Shown here piece after piece: positions 63,105 through 64,000 of a stretch of DNA of 64,000 bases; the stretch's first letter is position 1; each line of letters begins with the position of its first letter. The notes beneath the pieces are model-generated. The model was not told where the DNA came from and did no database searches. It saw nothing but the letters and a program-made list of their open reading frames with translations. This stretch comes from the human T2T-CHM13v2.0 reference genome, Homo sapiens. The position numbers were made by a program, and so were the translations under genes. The stretch lies in the NCBI RefSeq assembly GCF_009914755.1, contig NC_060941.1; one strand, given 5' to 3'.

Positions 63105-63440
63105 GTGAAGGCTGAGCTGCGGAAATACTGGGTCCGCTTCTTGCTAGCCCGCCACTCAGGCTGCAGAGCCTGTGTCCTGGGGAAGGACTTCCGGTTCCTA
63201 GGAAAATGTCCCAAGAAGCTCTCGGAAGGAGATGGCGCTGAGAAGCTTCGGAAGCTGCAGCCCTCACTTAACAGTGGGCGGCTCCTACATCTAGCCATGC
63301 GAGGTCTTGGGGAGCTGGGCGCCCAGCCCCAACAGGACCATGCACGCTGGCCCCGGGGCAGCAGCCTGTCCGAGTGCAGTGAGGGGGATGTCACCATGGC
63401 CAACACCATGGAGGAGATTCTGGAAGAGAGTGAGATCTAG
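63105..63440 (+). CDS. GLP2R: GLP2R last coding exon 13 (helix 8 and C-tail, VKAELRK...EEILEESEI*)
   Basis: cccggcag|GTGAAG, open to TAG at 63438-63440. Exons 2-13 sum to 1473 nt = 491 codons. Confidence 0.98.
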   Translation: MKAELRKYWVRFLLARHSGCRACVLGKDFRFLGKCPKKLSEGDGAEKLRKLQPSLNSGRLLHLAMRGLGELGAQPQQDHARWPRGSSLSECSEGDVTMANTMEEILEESEI

Positions 63441-64000
63441 GGTGGAGTTCCACCACCCTGGCTCTGCTCCCAGGGACTCTTGAGGGGGCCCAGGAAGAGG
63501 AAGCAAAGCAGGACACACGTTGCTGGGCACGGAATCATTCTCGTTCCATTCACCATGCCACTTTGATATGAAAGCTATCACAAGGTTCTTCAAGCTCTGT
63601 ATGAAAGAGGCTGTGTGTCATGCTCACAGCCTCTGCCTGCTCTTCTCATCCTAATAACCCCCACCAGTGTGTTTTCCACAATGCCCACCAGACCCTAGGG
63701 CCTGGCTCTAAATTCAAGCCAATGAAGTCCCACCATGAAGAGAGGTCTCCTGTTATAGAGAAGCCAGCCAATATCTCTTCCTTTATCCCTTGGGGTGCAT
63801 GCTTTCCATCTGAGGTTGGGTTTAGGGTGCGTGAAAACCTCCTAGGAAGCTTTTAAAATGCAGAATCCTAGACTTGTGGCTAAGATTCTAAGACAGTGAG
63901 TCTGGGACCATGGCCAGGAATTGGAGCTGTTTAATAAGCATCCCAGGTAATTCTGCTGCAAGCCCACCCTTGGAGAACACTGGGCAGGGTGAGAGGGAGC
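63441..64000 (+). other. GLP2R: GLP2R 3' UTR (partial)
   Basis: Follows the stop codon. I see no AATAAA/ATTAAA, so the UTR probably continues beyond the window. A MER5-like fragment lies at about 63780-63985. Confidence 0.8.

Noticed and set aside
63059-63409. 116-aa antisense ORF over the last exon
   Set aside because: Stop-poor shadow of a GC-rich coding exon.

Overview
Human (Alu-rich, primate) genomic DNA covering almost all of the glucagon-like peptide-2 receptor gene GLP2R on the + strand. The window starts in intron 1. It holds coding exons 2-13, all with GT-AG junctions and consistent phases, which splice into 1473 nt (490 codons plus TAG) of a class B1 GPCR, followed by the start of the 3' UTR. 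Exon 1 (about 63 codons, from my recollection of the 553-aa protein) lies upstream of the window. The introns are filled with about 30 Alus, L1/L2/MIR fragments, MaLR/ERV LTRs and hAT/Tigger DNA-transposon fossils, plus an antisense NPM1 processed pseudogene. Most entries in the ORF track are spurious repeat ORFs. The most unusual signal is an inverted, gap-free copy of GLP2R exon 2 and its 3' splice site about 440 nt upstream in intron 1. A later Alu split this copy, and it could base-pair over the exon 2 acceptor in the pre-mRNA. Other oddities are local direct duplications bracketing exons 4 and 10, three poly(A)-less retro-insertions with target-site duplications (TSDs), and inverted Alu pairs around the only two frame-symmetric exons (3 and 12). 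Repeat subfamily names are assigned by eye from remembered consensus sequences, and repeat boundaries are approximate.
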